Shown here piece after piece: positions 1 to 9,799 of a stretch of 64,000 nucleotides of DNA. Numbering within the stretch: the first letter of the stretch is position 1; every line of letters begins with the position of its first letter. Source of the DNA: an uncultured Verrucomicrobiae bacterium (GTDB lineage: Bacteria > Verrucomicrobiota > Verrucomicrobiia > Chthoniobacterales > UBA10450). Under the pieces are notes generated by a model. The model was not told where the DNA came from. It ran no database searches and saw nothing but the letters and a program-made list of their open reading frames with translations. The stretch lies in contig CAVYXA010000001.1 of assembly GCA_963772365.1 (NCBI GenBank), forward strand, positions 448,001-512,000, written 5' to 3'. The translations under genes and the position numbers were made by a program.

Positions 1-1234
1 GCAACGGAGCGGAAACTTGCAGGCTGCCTGCCAGAACATCACTCTCTCCCCACTGAACCGTTCGTTCACCTCGGAAGGCGGCAGCACGTTCATTAATGTT
101 TATCATGAGAATGGCTGTAACTTTAGTGCGACGAGCGGCGATCCGTGGATCAATATCACATCTGTAAATGTCGGCGACGATATTGGGACGGTGTATTACA
201 CGGTCGCCCCATATTCGGGCGGGGCGCCTCATACTGGAGCGATTACTGTGGGCTCCCAAAGTTTTCCGGTTTATCAAACGAACGAACCATTTCAAAAGGC
301 GCCCAGTATTGTCTGGAAGCGCAATGCTCACACCGCAAGCGTCAATGCGGTCGCTTTTTCACCCGACGGACAATTTCTTGCATCTGGAAGCAATGATCGC
401 ATCGTAAAAGTCTCGCGCATTTCTGATGGAACCCTGGTCCAAACATTCGGCGGCTTCTATGATTCCGTCACATCCGTGGCATTTTCGCATAACGGACAGA
501 TCCTCGTAGCAGGCAGCATTGACCGCCACATCCGGGCTTGGAACACTGCCAATTGGTCGTCCCTCCACAACGTTGGAACTGGTGACTTTATTTTCGGAGT
601 AGCATTTTCGCCCGACGACACCGAGCTGGCCGCAGCCGGCGGTTATTCCGGGAATTGGATTCATCTCTTCCGCACTTCCGACTGGTTGGAGACCGCATTG
701 CTTGGTTATGGGCAGCAGGAAAATCGCGCGATCGCGTATTCCCCTAACGGACAGTTTTTGGCCTGGGCAATGCTTTACCCGGGAGTTCGATTACAGAACC
801 TCGATACTGGTTCGTTCTGCATTTTCTCGGAAGATACTTACTACGGCTACATCACAAATTCTGTTGCCTTTTCACCAAATGGCCAGCAAGTCGCCAGCGG
901 CAGCGATAGCCAGGCAGTCAGCATATGGCAGGTTAACGGTTGTTGGCTGCTTCACAGCTTAAACGGGCCAGCGGGTTTCGTGAAAGGGGTTGCCTATTCA
1001 CCGGATGGCCAAACGATTTTGGCCGGTAGTGAAAACCACAGCGAAGGACGCGGCGCGCTTTTGCTATGGCGAACGAGCGATGGCGCTCTGCTCCGCGTTT
1101 ATCTTGGAGAAACCACCACTGGCGTGGAATCAGTCCAATACTCTCCTAACGGCGCTTTTTTCGCCTACGGCCAGGAAGATGGGTCCGTGGTGCTCGCGCG
1201 CAATCCGTTCTGGGCGCTACCCCCGCATCCGTGA
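1..1234 (+). CDS. BACON/Ig-like domain + WD40 beta-propeller protein (5' end probably outside the window)
   Basis: BACON-like 'CNFSATSGDPWINITS..GTVYYTVAP..TGAITVG', then repeated 'VxSVAFSPDGQxLASGSxD' WD40 units. Confidence 0.8.
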   Translation, partial: QRSGNLQAACQNITLSPLNRSFTSEGGSTFINVYHENGCNFSATSGDPWINITSVNVGDDIGTVYYTVAPYSGGAPHTGAITVGSQSFPVYQTNEPFQKAPSIVWKRNAHTASVNAVAFSPDGQFLASGSNDRIVKVSRISDGTLVQTFGGFYDSVTSVAFSHNGQILVAGSIDRHIRAWNTANWSSLHNVGTGDFIFGVAFSPDDTELAAAGGYSGNWIHLFRTSDWLETALLGYGQQENRAIAYSPNGQFLAWAMLYPGVRLQNLDTGSFCIFSEDTYYGYITNSVAFSPNGQQVASGSDSQAVSIWQVNGCWLLHSLNGPAGFVKGVAYSPDGQTILAGSENHSEGRGALLLWRTSDGALLRVYLGETTTGVESVQYSPNGAFFAYGQEDGSVVLARNPFWALPPHP

Positions 1235-1254
1235 AAGCTGCCAGGCCTGAATCT

Positions 1255-1995
1255 TTATTTTTTGATTCGATAAGTTAAAAAACACTCATCGCCCGCCACG
1301 CGCATCTTTTTCAGGGTGCAATGGACACTCGCTGGAAGGAATTCTTTGCTTAACCCGGTTAGCGTGGGGGCGTCTGCTCCGCCGAAAAGGTAGGGCGCAA
1401 TTGTGAGATTGAGTTCATCAATCAGACCAAGCTCGAGCATGGAACGAAACAAGGCTGCCCCGCCTTCGCAGGCAACTCTCCGCACGCGATATTTCGTTCG
1501 CAAGATCTGAAGCATTTTCGCAAGATCGACATGTTTCGCTCTGCCGAGGTGTAGCATCGCCTTCCCGTTTAGGGCGGCTTGAATTCTTTTCGGCATCTGG
1601 GTTGTGGAAAAAATGAGAATCGGTCCCGCTGTTGCGGGATCGGACTGAAATATCTTAAGCCGATTGTCGATCCTGCCCTTCCCGGAAACGATGATGCGAA
1701 TCGGCGCGGCAGATTGACCGAGCTTGATTCGCTCTTTTCTTAATTCGGCTGGTAACCCCAGCCGAACATTATCCCGCTTGAGAGTTGTGTGACCGACCAG
1801 CACTGCATCAGCCGCCGCGCGTTGTCGAAATAAATGCAACTTGTCCTCGCGGGACGTGAAGTCGACCGGCGAAAAATTCTTCGTCGTGATCTTGCCATCT
1901 ACGGTCATGGCGAATGTGGCAGTGACGAACGGCCGGGCCGATGCCGATCTTGGGCGATGTCGCCGCGGTCGGTTATTCTTTTTCCGCGATTTCAT
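1255..1995 (-). CDS. RibD C-terminal domain pyrimidine reductase-like protein
   Basis: 'PFVTATFAMTVDGKI', 'DAVLVGHTTLKRDN', 'VACEGGAALFRS..LIDELNLTIAP'. Confidence 0.85.
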   Translation of the reverse strand: MKSRKKNNRPRRHRPRSASARPFVTATFAMTVDGKITTKNFSPVDFTSREDKLHLFRQRAAADAVLVGHTTLKRDNVRLGLPAELRKERIKLGQSAAPIRIIVSGKGRIDNRLKIFQSDPATAGPILIFSTTQMPKRIQAALNGKAMLHLGRAKHVDLAKMLQILRTKYRVRRVACEGGAALFRSMLELGLIDELNLTIAPYLFGGADAPTLTGLSKEFLPASVHCTLKKMRVAGDECFLTYRIKK

Positions 1996-3001
1996 GCTCG
2001 AGTGTCGCCACCTCTTGCTTCATGTCGCGCAGTTTGACTCCCGGTGCGGCTACGCTGGGCTTGTAGAAAAAGTAAACGATCGCTCCCGGCGCAGAGCAAA
2101 ACAACATCACGAGGAAGCTGAGAGAACCGATCAATACCGCCACGGATTCCGGAACTCCGCACAATCCATTCAACATGATCTGGAAGATTTTTTCGCGAAG
2201 CCCGACTCCGGCAAAGCTAATCGGCAAGGCTGAGATCGTGCGCTCAATGGGCATGATCGCAAAAAAATCGATCACCGCGACCTGCGCACGCAATGCATAA
2301 GCGGCAAAGAGAAAAGTAGCGAACGTGGCCAGGTGAGCGATGATGGAAGCGCCTAACGCCACCGCCGTCGCCCGCCAATGATGCGCGTACAAGTGATAGG
2401 ACGCGGCGATTTCGATCAGTTTGTCGCGCCCGGGAAATTTTTGGGGCAACAGATGGAAAAGATTAAACCCGCTAATGACGAAGCTTGCAATCAATGCGGT
2501 AAGCGAGCTGCCCAGCAAAAATAACAAAATCCAGAGTAATCGGCGCGCCTCCGGGGTTTGGGCCAGCCAATGATATCGAAGCAATATCAGCGTCCCGGTA
2601 ATTGTGACCAGCGCGACGAGGCCGATCAATCGATCGAACGCCACGGCCAGCAGCGCGCCGGCTTTTTTGTCCGGGGTTTCTTTGAGCAGAAAATAACTTT
2701 TGATGATATCGCCGCCGGTTCCTCCAGGGAGAAATTGATTGTAAAACATTCCAATCAGGAACAGGCCGGACAAGCGGGAAAAACTTAAACGAATCCCTTG
2801 TACTTTAAGCAGGACGTACCATCGAACCGCTGCCGCGGCTTCCACAGTTATATACGACAAGATCGCGATCACGACCCAGCGATAACGCGCCGCTTGCAAA
2901 GCTTCGGCCATTTGGGCCCGTTTGTGCGGATCGTGATAGACCCAATAGAGAAGCCCGACCGTTACAGCCAGCTGAAGAAGTGTAAGCAGAACTTTTTTCA
3001 C
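1973..3001 (-). CDS. Lysylphosphatidylglycerol synthase TM / flippase-like (YbhN family) membrane protein
   Basis: 'FYNQFLPGGTGGDIIK', 'DRLIGL', 'LPISFAGVGLRE'; multiple TM segments. Confidence 0.85.
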   Translation of the reverse strand: MKKVLLTLLQLAVTVGLLYWVYHDPHKRAQMAEALQAARYRWVVIAILSYITVEAAAAVRWYVLLKVQGIRLSFSRLSGLFLIGMFYNQFLPGGTGGDIIKSYFLLKETPDKKAGALLAVAFDRLIGLVALVTITGTLILLRYHWLAQTPEARRLLWILLFLLGSSLTALIASFVISGFNLFHLLPQKFPGRDKLIEIAASYHLYAHHWRATAVALGASIIAHLATFATFLFAAYALRAQVAVIDFFAIMPIERTISALPISFAGVGLREKIFQIMLNGLCGVPESVAVLIGSLSFLVMLFCSAPGAIVYFFYKPSVAAPGVKLRDMKQEVATLEHEIAEKE

Positions 3002-3912
3002 GAACCGAAATGTTTCTTCCAGGCTTCGACCGAACGCCGGATCTCTTCGGTCTTCTTACGCGGGCTTATCTCCCAAACAAATGCGCAATTACGCGGTAGG
3101 AGCGGCACAAGCTTCGGAAGATCGACATCGCCAGCAAACGGCGGCTGATGATCGTGTGCGGGCCAGATGCAATCCTGTACGTGCGCACCAAAGGCGCGGG
3201 CGCCGATGGTTTTTAACCATTCTTCGTGATTCACAAACGAGAGATTCTCCTTGATCTGAATGTGTCCGAAATCATGCCAGTAACCTACTTGCGGAGAATT
3301 GAGCTCATCGAGCAGCGACGGCAATTCCCGCTCGCTCGGAATTTCCTCGTAACCGCGCCGACCTTCCAGTCCCAGCCTGACGTTTTTGCCGGCAGCATAA
3401 TCGAGGATGCGCCGAAGACAGTCCTTCACCCGCTCAAGATATCTCGGCGCGATCGATTCGCGCTTCTGGACGGCGTCGATTTTCTTGCGCACATACTTGC
3501 GCGAAAGGAGCTCGCCATTTCTCGCCAGAGCGATGAGGGAATCGGTAATCGGTTCCATGGAAACCTGACCGAGATGCATCACCACAAAAGGCGCGCCGAG
3601 CCGCTCAGCAAAATCGATGGTCTGAAAAGTGTGTTTGACCGCACGCTCGCGTTCCTGCGGATGCATCGAAGAAAATTTGTAACAATCCGGAGAAGCTCTC
3701 ATCACTTCTACGGGCAGGGGACAAAAGTTGTGCAAACTGCTGAATCGGATTTTCCCCGAGTCGAAAACTTTTTGAATCCCAGGCATGAGGGAAATCCGAA
3801 TGCCGTGTCCCAGCTCAACTACATCAAACCCAAGTTCACCCTGGATTTCGTGCAGCATTTCGTCGCCGGCCTTGTGGCGTCCGGAGTTCCAACACGTGGA
3901 GAAAGAAATCAT
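2998..3912 (-). CDS. Sugar phosphate isomerase/epimerase (xylose isomerase-like TIM barrel)
   Basis: 'SSLHNFCP', 'LGLEGR', 'YWHDFGHIQ', 'AHVQD', 'DHQPP..GDVD' metal-binding pattern. Confidence 0.8.
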   Translation of the reverse strand: MISFSTCWNSGRHKAGDEMLHEIQGELGFDVVELGHGIRISLMPGIQKVFDSGKIRFSSLHNFCPLPVEVMRASPDCYKFSSMHPQERERAVKHTFQTIDFAERLGAPFVVMHLGQVSMEPITDSLIALARNGELLSRKYVRKKIDAVQKRESIAPRYLERVKDCLRRILDYAAGKNVRLGLEGRRGYEEIPSERELPSLLDELNSPQVGYWHDFGHIQIKENLSFVNHEEWLKTIGARAFGAHVQDCIWPAHDHQPPFAGDVDLPKLVPLLPRNCAFVWEISPRKKTEEIRRSVEAWKKHFGS

Positions 3913-3959
3913 CAGCCTAGCAAGCGAATTATGGCACGAGCACCGGCTCCGACTCGGCT

Positions 3960-5216
3960 TCAGGGTACCTTGCCACTGGTCCCGCGAGACTCACACGCTT
4001 TGCGACCAGCTCGCCCGAGAATGATGAATGCCCCAATGCCGAAAATCACTGAGGCAATGCCAAGCGAAGTCCGCATTCCGATCAGATCAGAAAGCCCGGG
4101 GACGCCGAGACCCGCGATCGGCATTAATCCGAAAAAGCTCAATCCGAATACTGCGGAGACGCGGCCACGCAGCGGCGAGGGGGCGCGCTCCTGCACGATG
4201 GTATTGGCAAGAGCGAAATTCATCGACAAGCCAAGAGCGAGAAAACCCATGCAAGTCGCGGTGAGCAGAAACCTGTGTGAAAAGGACATTCCGAAGAGCG
4301 CGATGGCGACAGCAATAGCGTTGCCAGTCATTAGTCGGAATCGGTGTTCGCGCGCGACAGTAAGAAATCCCAGCGAACCAGCGAGCGAACCCGTCCCCGA
4401 GACAGCCATCAACACTCCAAGCTTGTCCGCGCCGAGATGGAGGAGATTGCGAACGTACAAAGGCAACATGACCGAGATCACGGGAAAAACGAAGATCGTA
4501 GTTAGAGCGATGAGCATAATCATCAAAAGCATGATCCGATCCGATTTGATGTAGCGAAGACCTTCCAGCATCCCGCTTCGGCGTTGTTCTTCTTCCTCTT
4601 TCGTCCCGACTTTTCGCGGTGGAATGGAAATAATTGCGACGGCAAGGCCGATAAACGACGTGGCATTGGCAAAGAACGCAAAAGCCGCGCCCCACTTGCT
4701 CACAATCCACCCGGCCAGGGACGGCCCAATCAGACGTGCGCCATGGAAAATGGAACGGTCCATGGCGATGGCGGCGCCGATCTGCTCATGCCGCACCAGT
4801 TCGGGAACAAACGCAGAGATGGCCGGCATCTCAAAAGCGATGCAAACCCCCAGCAAAAAGGCCATGGCCATGACATGCCAGATTTCGATGCGTTGAGTTA
4901 ACACCAGCCAACCGAGAGCCACGGCTAGAATCATCTGCCAAATTTGCGTAGCGATCAGGATCATCCGTTTGTCGTAGCGATCCGCTACCGCGCCTCCGTG
5001 CATGGTCAGCAACAGTGTGGGAATTCCGGCAAAGAGATTCACCAGGCCGAGTAAAATCGCTTTGTTCGTGAGCGTGCTCATCACCCATGCCTGCGCCATG
5101 ACTTGCATCCACGTTCCAGTGTCGGAAATCAGCGAGCCGATAATATAACGGCGGAATGGGCCGGCGCGCAGCAGTTCCAGCGCCTGTCCCCCGAATGGTG
5201 TAGTTCCCTCTCGCAT
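3960..5216 (-). CDS. MFS transporter
   Basis: 'SDTGTWMQVMAQAW', 'GGAVADRYDKR' MFS motif A, about 12 TM segments. Confidence 0.9.
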   Translation of the reverse strand: MREGTTPFGGQALELLRAGPFRRYIIGSLISDTGTWMQVMAQAWVMSTLTNKAILLGLVNLFAGIPTLLLTMHGGAVADRYDKRMILIATQIWQMILAVALGWLVLTQRIEIWHVMAMAFLLGVCIAFEMPAISAFVPELVRHEQIGAAIAMDRSIFHGARLIGPSLAGWIVSKWGAAFAFFANATSFIGLAVAIISIPPRKVGTKEEEEQRRSGMLEGLRYIKSDRIMLLMIMLIALTTIFVFPVISVMLPLYVRNLLHLGADKLGVLMAVSGTGSLAGSLGFLTVAREHRFRLMTGNAIAVAIALFGMSFSHRFLLTATCMGFLALGLSMNFALANTIVQERAPSPLRGRVSAVFGLSFFGLMPIAGLGVPGLSDLIGMRTSLGIASVIFGIGAFIILGRAGRKACESRGTSGKVP

Positions 5217-5232
5217 GGGAAAGACTCATCGT

Positions 5233-5258
5233 TGTAGAGACGGTTGTGTCAACCGCCT
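5233..5258 (+). repeat. GTAG-type REP-like palindrome
   Basis: TGTAGAGACGGTTGTGTCAACCGCCT: GTAG followed by an imperfect hairpin, intergenic. Confidence 0.45.
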
Positions 5259-5317
5259 GATCAAATCGGCGGATCTCCAGGCAATTGAATGGGACGTGGC
5301 GTTGTATAGGTTGAGGC

Positions 5318-7891
5318 ATGCGGATTGATAAGTTCACCCAGAAGATGCAGGAAGCGCTGCAGGCCGCTCAGGATCTCGCGTCCAATTCCAACCACCAGGA
5401 ACTTACAAATGAACACTTCCTGTTGGCGCTTCTCGATCAGTCTAATGGCATCACCCAGCCGTTGCTGGAGAAAATCGGCGTTCCGCCGAATCAGCTTCGG
5501 GATCGTTTGTTAACCGAATTGAATCGGAAACCGAAAGTCACCGGCTCGACTGTCGATCTCCGCCTTTCCAATGAATTGCGCACTGTGCTCGATAGCGCGG
5601 AAAAGGAGATGTCGAAGCTGAAGGACGAATTCACCAGCGCCGAACATTATCTGCTCGCGCTAACCGGTGCGAACGTCCCCGCGGGGAAGTTGCTCAAAGA
5701 TTTCGGTGTCACGCGCGAAAAGTTGATGCAAGCCTTGCAGCAGGTGCGTGGCTCGCAACGAGTGACCGATCAAAATCCAGAAGGTAAATATCAGACGCTC
5801 GAGAAATACGGACGCGATCTCACCGAACTGGCACGTCGGGGGAAAATCGATCCCGTTATCGGCCGCGACAACGAGATTCGGCGAATCATGCAAGTGCTCT
5901 CGCGTCGCACAAAAAATAATCCGGTGTTGATCGGAGATCCGGGAGTCGGCAAGACCGCAATTGTCGAAGGTCTGGCCCGGAGAATTATTTCCGGCGACGT
6001 GCCCGAGTCGTTAAAGAACAAGCTCCTGATCGCGATGGATATTGGCGCGATGGTAGCCGGTGCAAAATTTCGGGGAGAGTTTGAAGATCGGCTCAAGGCG
6101 TTTTTGAAAGAGGTAACAGATTCGCAAGGTCAGATCATTCTATTCATCGACGAGCTGCACACAATCGTCGGCGCTGGCGCGGCGGAAGGATCGGTCGATG
6201 CGTCCAGCATGTTAAAACCGATGCTCGCGCGTGGCGAGCTGCGCACAATCGGCGCGACTACGATCGATGAGTATCGCAAATACATCGAGAAGGACGCCGC
6301 TCTCGAACGGCGGTTTCAGCCCGTGATGGTGGATGAACCAACGGTCGAGGACACGATCGCGATCCTGCGCGGCTTGAAAGAACGTTACGAGGTGCATCAT
6401 GGTGTGCGGATCACTGACGCGGCACTTGTCGCGGCCGCGGTTCTCTCGCATCGCTACATCAGCGATCGTTTCTTGCCTGACAAAGCGATTGACCTTGTCG
6501 ATGAAGCGGCCTCGCGTTTGAAGATCGAGCTGGATTCGATGCCGACCGAGATCGACGTAATCGAGCGCGAGATCATGCAGCACGAGATGGAACGTCAGGC
6601 GCTCAAGAAGGAAAAAGATCCAGCCAGCGAGGAACGTTTAAAAAAGCTCGAAAGAGAATTGGCCGAGCTGAAAGAAAAATCCGGCGCGCTGAAAGCGGAA
6701 TGGCAAAAGGAGAAGGCGCTTATCGATGAACAACGAAAATGGAAAGAAGAGTTGGATCGTCTCCGTACGGAACTGGAACGCGCGCAGCGTCGCGGTGAGT
6801 TGGCTAAGGCGAGCGAAATTCAATACGGGCGAATTCCTGAACTGGAAAGAAACCTTGCCGAAGCAGCGGCGAAAGAGAAGGGTCGAAAATCAACTTTGCT
6901 GCGTGAAGAAGTCACCGAGGAGGACATTGCCGAAGTTGTTTCCAGCTGGACGCATATTCCGGTGTCGCGTTTGCAGGAGGGCGAGCGCGAGAAATTGGTA
7001 AAACTCGAGGAACATTTGCATCAGCGAGTCGTTGGGCAGGAGGAAGCCATCAAAGCCGTTTCCAATGCCGTTCGCCGTGCCCGGGCCGGTTTGCAGGATC
7101 CGAATCGTCCACTTGGCTCGTTCATTTTCCTCGGGCCGACCGGTGTTGGCAAAACTGAGCTTTCGCGCGCGCTCGCGGAATTTTTGTTCGACGACGAAAA
7201 CGCAATGATCCGGATCGACATGAGCGAATACATGGAGAAACACACCGTCGCGCGATTAATCGGTGCGCCGCCGGGTTATGTCGGATACGAAGAGGGCGGT
7301 CAGCTTTCTGAATCCGTCCGACGCAAGCCGTATTCGGTCGTGCTGTTCGACGAGATCGAAAAGGCGCACCAGGACGTGTTCAACGTGCTTTTGCAAGTCC
7401 TCGACGACGGGCGGATCACGGATGGGCAGGGGAGAACGGTCGATTTCAAAAACACGGTCATTATCATGACTTCGAATATCGGTTCGCAATTCATCACCGA
7501 GGAAACGCAATCGCGCGAAGCGCGAGAACGCCTGGTCATGGACGCGTTGCGCGGACATTTCCGACCCGAGTTTCTCAACCGTGTTGACGAGATCATCATC
7601 TTCGATCGATTGAGCGAAAATGATTTGAAGAAAATCGTGGAGATCCAATTGCGACGATTGTCGAAACGTCTCGAGCAACAAAAAATCACGCTCGATCTAT
7701 CCGATTCCGCGAAGGAACTGCTCGCTCGCGAAGGGTACGACCCCGTTTACGGTGCACGTCCGCTCCGCCGCACGATTCAAAAACAAATTCTCGACCCGCT
7801 TAGCATCGACATCCTCGAAGGCAAAGTCCGCGAAGGCCAAACCGTCAAAATCGAGGCCAGAGACGGCGCGCTCGAGTTTGAAGAGAAATGA
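5318..7891 (+). CDS. clpB: ATP-dependent chaperone ClpB
   Basis: Two AAA+ modules ([16 protein letters not shown]), long coiled-coil M domain, '[13 protein letters not shown]', 857 aa. Confidence 0.97.
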   Translation: MRIDKFTQKMQEALQAAQDLASNSNHQELTNEHFLLALLDQSNGITQPLLEKIGVPPNQLRDRLLTELNRKPKVTGSTVDLRLSNELRTVLDSAEKEMSKLKDEFTSAEHYLLALTGANVPAGKLLKDFGVTREKLMQALQQVRGSQRVTDQNPEGKYQTLEKYGRDLTELARRGKIDPVIGRDNEIRRIMQVLSRRTKNNPVLIGDPGVGKTAIVEGLARRIISGDVPESLKNKLLIAMDIGAMVAGAKFRGEFEDRLKAFLKEVTDSQGQIILFIDELHTIVGAGAAEGSVDASSMLKPMLARGELRTIGATTIDEYRKYIEKDAALERRFQPVMVDEPTVEDTIAILRGLKERYEVHHGVRITDAALVAAAVLSHRYISDRFLPDKAIDLVDEAASRLKIELDSMPTEIDVIEREIMQHEMERQALKKEKDPASEERLKKLERELAELKEKSGALKAEWQKEKALIDEQRKWKEELDRLRTELERAQRRGELAKASEIQYGRIPELERNLAEAAAKEKGRKSTLLREEVTEEDIAEVVSSWTHIPVSRLQEGEREKLVKLEEHLHQRVVGQEEAIKAVSNAVRRARAGLQDPNRPLGSFIFLGPTGVGKTELSRALAEFLFDDENAMIRIDMSEYMEKHTVARLIGAPPGYVGYEEGGQLSESVRRKPYSVVLFDEIEKAHQDVFNVLLQVLDDGRITDGQGRTVDFKNTVIIMTSNIGSQFITEETQSREARERLVMDALRGHFRPEFLNRVDEIIIFDRLSENDLKKIVEIQLRRLSKRLEQQKITLDLSDSAKELLAREGYDPVYGARPLRRTIQKQILDPLSIDILEGKVREGQTVKIEARDGALEFEEK

Positions 7892-8092
7892 TTAGTGATC
7901 GTCAGTTGGTGAAGTCGCAAATCGAATTGCGCTTGCGGCGTTTTGCTTAACAAACTCGCTTGTAGCTCGCGTTCCATCACGTCCTGGCTTGTTTCAGTGC
8001 GATCAGGAAGGACGCCATTCCAGAGCGTTTTAGAAAGGCGGTTGCTTCCGCAGCCAGTTGCAGCTCCGTACGAGTTGAGTCACATTTTGCCG

Positions 8093-8353
8093 ATGGTTAA
8101 ACCGACAAATGTAGAGCCACTGAGTGGTTATCGATTGCGCCTGACCTACGCGGACGGTGTCCAGGGAATAATCGATCTTTCCGATCAAGTGGGGCGCGGT
8201 GTTTTTAAGCCACTAAAGAACGAGAACGAATTTCGAAAAGTGCGGATCGGAGATTACGGTCAGATTGCATGGTCGGATGACTTAGATATTTGCTCGGACG
8301 CCGCTTATCTTGAAATAACCGGTAAGATTCCAGCTCGCAGCAAGAATGGCTGA
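8093..8353 (+). CDS. DUF2442 family protein (putative antitoxin)
   Basis: 'VEPLSGYRLRLTYADGVQGIIDL..GVFKPLK..F..V..G.IAW..DLDI.SD..Y'. Confidence 0.75.
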   Translation: MVKPTNVEPLSGYRLRLTYADGVQGIIDLSDQVGRGVFKPLKNENEFRKVRIGDYGQIAWSDDLDICSDAAYLEITGKIPARSKNG

Positions 8354-8601
8354 GGTTTGCCGTTTCTACGGCATCATCATTCGGTTTTATTACCGTGAGC
8401 ATCCGCCGAGGCATTTCCATGCAATCTATGGCGAGCACGAAGCGCTGATTGAAATCGAAACGAGATCTACGAAGGGTGGCTTCCGCGTACCGCATACGAC
8501 CTCGTCAACACTTGGCGGCTAATTCATCTGCAAGAACTTCGCGCGAATTGGGACCGCGCGCGTCAACAAGAGCCAGTTTTGCCATCGACCCGTTGGAATA
8601 A
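8346..8601 (+). CDS. DUF4160 family protein (putative toxin), frameshifted, absent from the ORF track
   Basis: Hand translation MAEVCRFYGIIIRFYYREHPPRHFHAIYGEHEALIEIE / EIYEGWLPRTAYDLVNTWRLIHLQELRANWDRARQQEP / AIDPLE*; shifts near 8460 and 8580. Confidence 0.75.
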
Positions 8602-8603
8602 GG

Positions 8604-9725
8604 TCAAGCCATCGCTTGCTTGAACGCGGAAACAAATGCTTCCATTTCCGACTTCTTGCCGATGGTGAGCCGCATGTGATTTGGCATGGCGGGGAATAAG
8701 CGGCCGACGGCCACATTTTTGTCTTTCATCGCTTTGATGATCGGCACGACCGGTTTCTTGCAATCGAACATGATGAAATTGGCTTGCGATGGGATCGTGT
8801 CGTAGCGGAGTTTCTCGAGTTCCGTAACTGTGAACTTTTTCGCTTCGTTGTTCAGCTTTCGACCATTGGAAACTTGATCGACATCATCCAGGCTCGCGCT
8901 CGCTGCGGCGAGCGCCATCACATTGACGCTGTCCCACATTTGGAATGGCCGCATACGCTTGATCGTTTCCGGTTGGGCGACTCCGTAACCGCAGCGCAAG
9001 CCGGCCATGCCATAAACTTTCGAGAACGTTCGGGCCACGATCAGGTTCGGATGATCTTTCACCAGCGGGATCACACTCTCGTAATCCGGACTGTCGGCGT
9101 AATGGAAATACGCTTCGTCCACCAGGATCATCGTTTCGGGGGACGTTTTTTCGAGGAAGGCGCGCAGATCATTTTTCGGTGTAACGCTTGCGGTCGGATT
9201 GTTTGGATTACAAACGTAAATCAACCCTTTCTGAGCCGCGGCGCTCATTTTCTCGAGATCGTGAGCGTAATTGCTGGTAAGCGGAATCTTCACCACATCG
9301 GCACCGCAGCCCTTCGAATATTCGAGCAGCGCTTCGAACGTCGGATCGGCCGCAATGAGTTTGCGTTGTGTCGGGCCGGTAAATGCTTCGGCGCAGAGTT
9401 TCAAGATTTCGCTGGAACCGTCACCGAGAACAATTTGGTCATGACTGACGCCATTCAGCTTGGCCAGTTTGTCGATCAAGACGTCGTTTGCTTCATCGGG
9501 ATAACGGCAACAAAGATCGAAGGAGCTCGTCATCGCTTTGTGCGCCATTGGGGAAGGACCGTACGGATTCTCGTTCGCACTCAAACGCACCACTCCCGTT
9601 GCAGCGCTTTTGGAAACGGACGCTACCTGTTTGGCCAGCGAAATTGTGGGCTTAAGAGCGCCAAGCGCTGCGCCGGCACCGAGTAATTGAGCAAATTTCC
9701 GTCGCGAAATGGCAGTCGTATTCAT
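8604..9725 (-). CDS. PLP-dependent aminotransferase, HisC-like, with Tat signal peptide
   Basis: 'RLSANENPYGPS', 'CNPNNPT', 'VDEAY', 'RTFSKVYGMAGLRCGY'; N-terminal 'SRRKFAQLL' plus hydrophobic stretch. Confidence 0.85.
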   Translation of the reverse strand: MNTTAISRRKFAQLLGAGAALGALKPTISLAKQVASVSKSAATGVVRLSANENPYGPSPMAHKAMTSSFDLCCRYPDEANDVLIDKLAKLNGVSHDQIVLGDGSSEILKLCAEAFTGPTQRKLIAADPTFEALLEYSKGCGADVVKIPLTSNYAHDLEKMSAAAQKGLIYVCNPNNPTASVTPKNDLRAFLEKTSPETMILVDEAYFHYADSPDYESVIPLVKDHPNLIVARTFSKVYGMAGLRCGYGVAQPETIKRMRPFQMWDSVNVMALAAASASLDDVDQVSNGRKLNNEAKKFTVTELEKLRYDTIPSQANFIMFDCKKPVVPIIKAMKDKNVAVGRLFPAMPNHMRLTIGKKSEMEAFVSAFKQAMA

Positions 9726-9799
9726 GGTGCTGTGATACGCCGTTTCCGTCGCGAAGGCGAGATTGAATATTCAACTGAAGTCAGGCAGCCTGGCGATTC

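Noticed and set aside
3226..4554. 442-aa plus-strand ORF
   Set aside because: Antisense shadow of the epimerase and MFS genes with no recognisable motifs.
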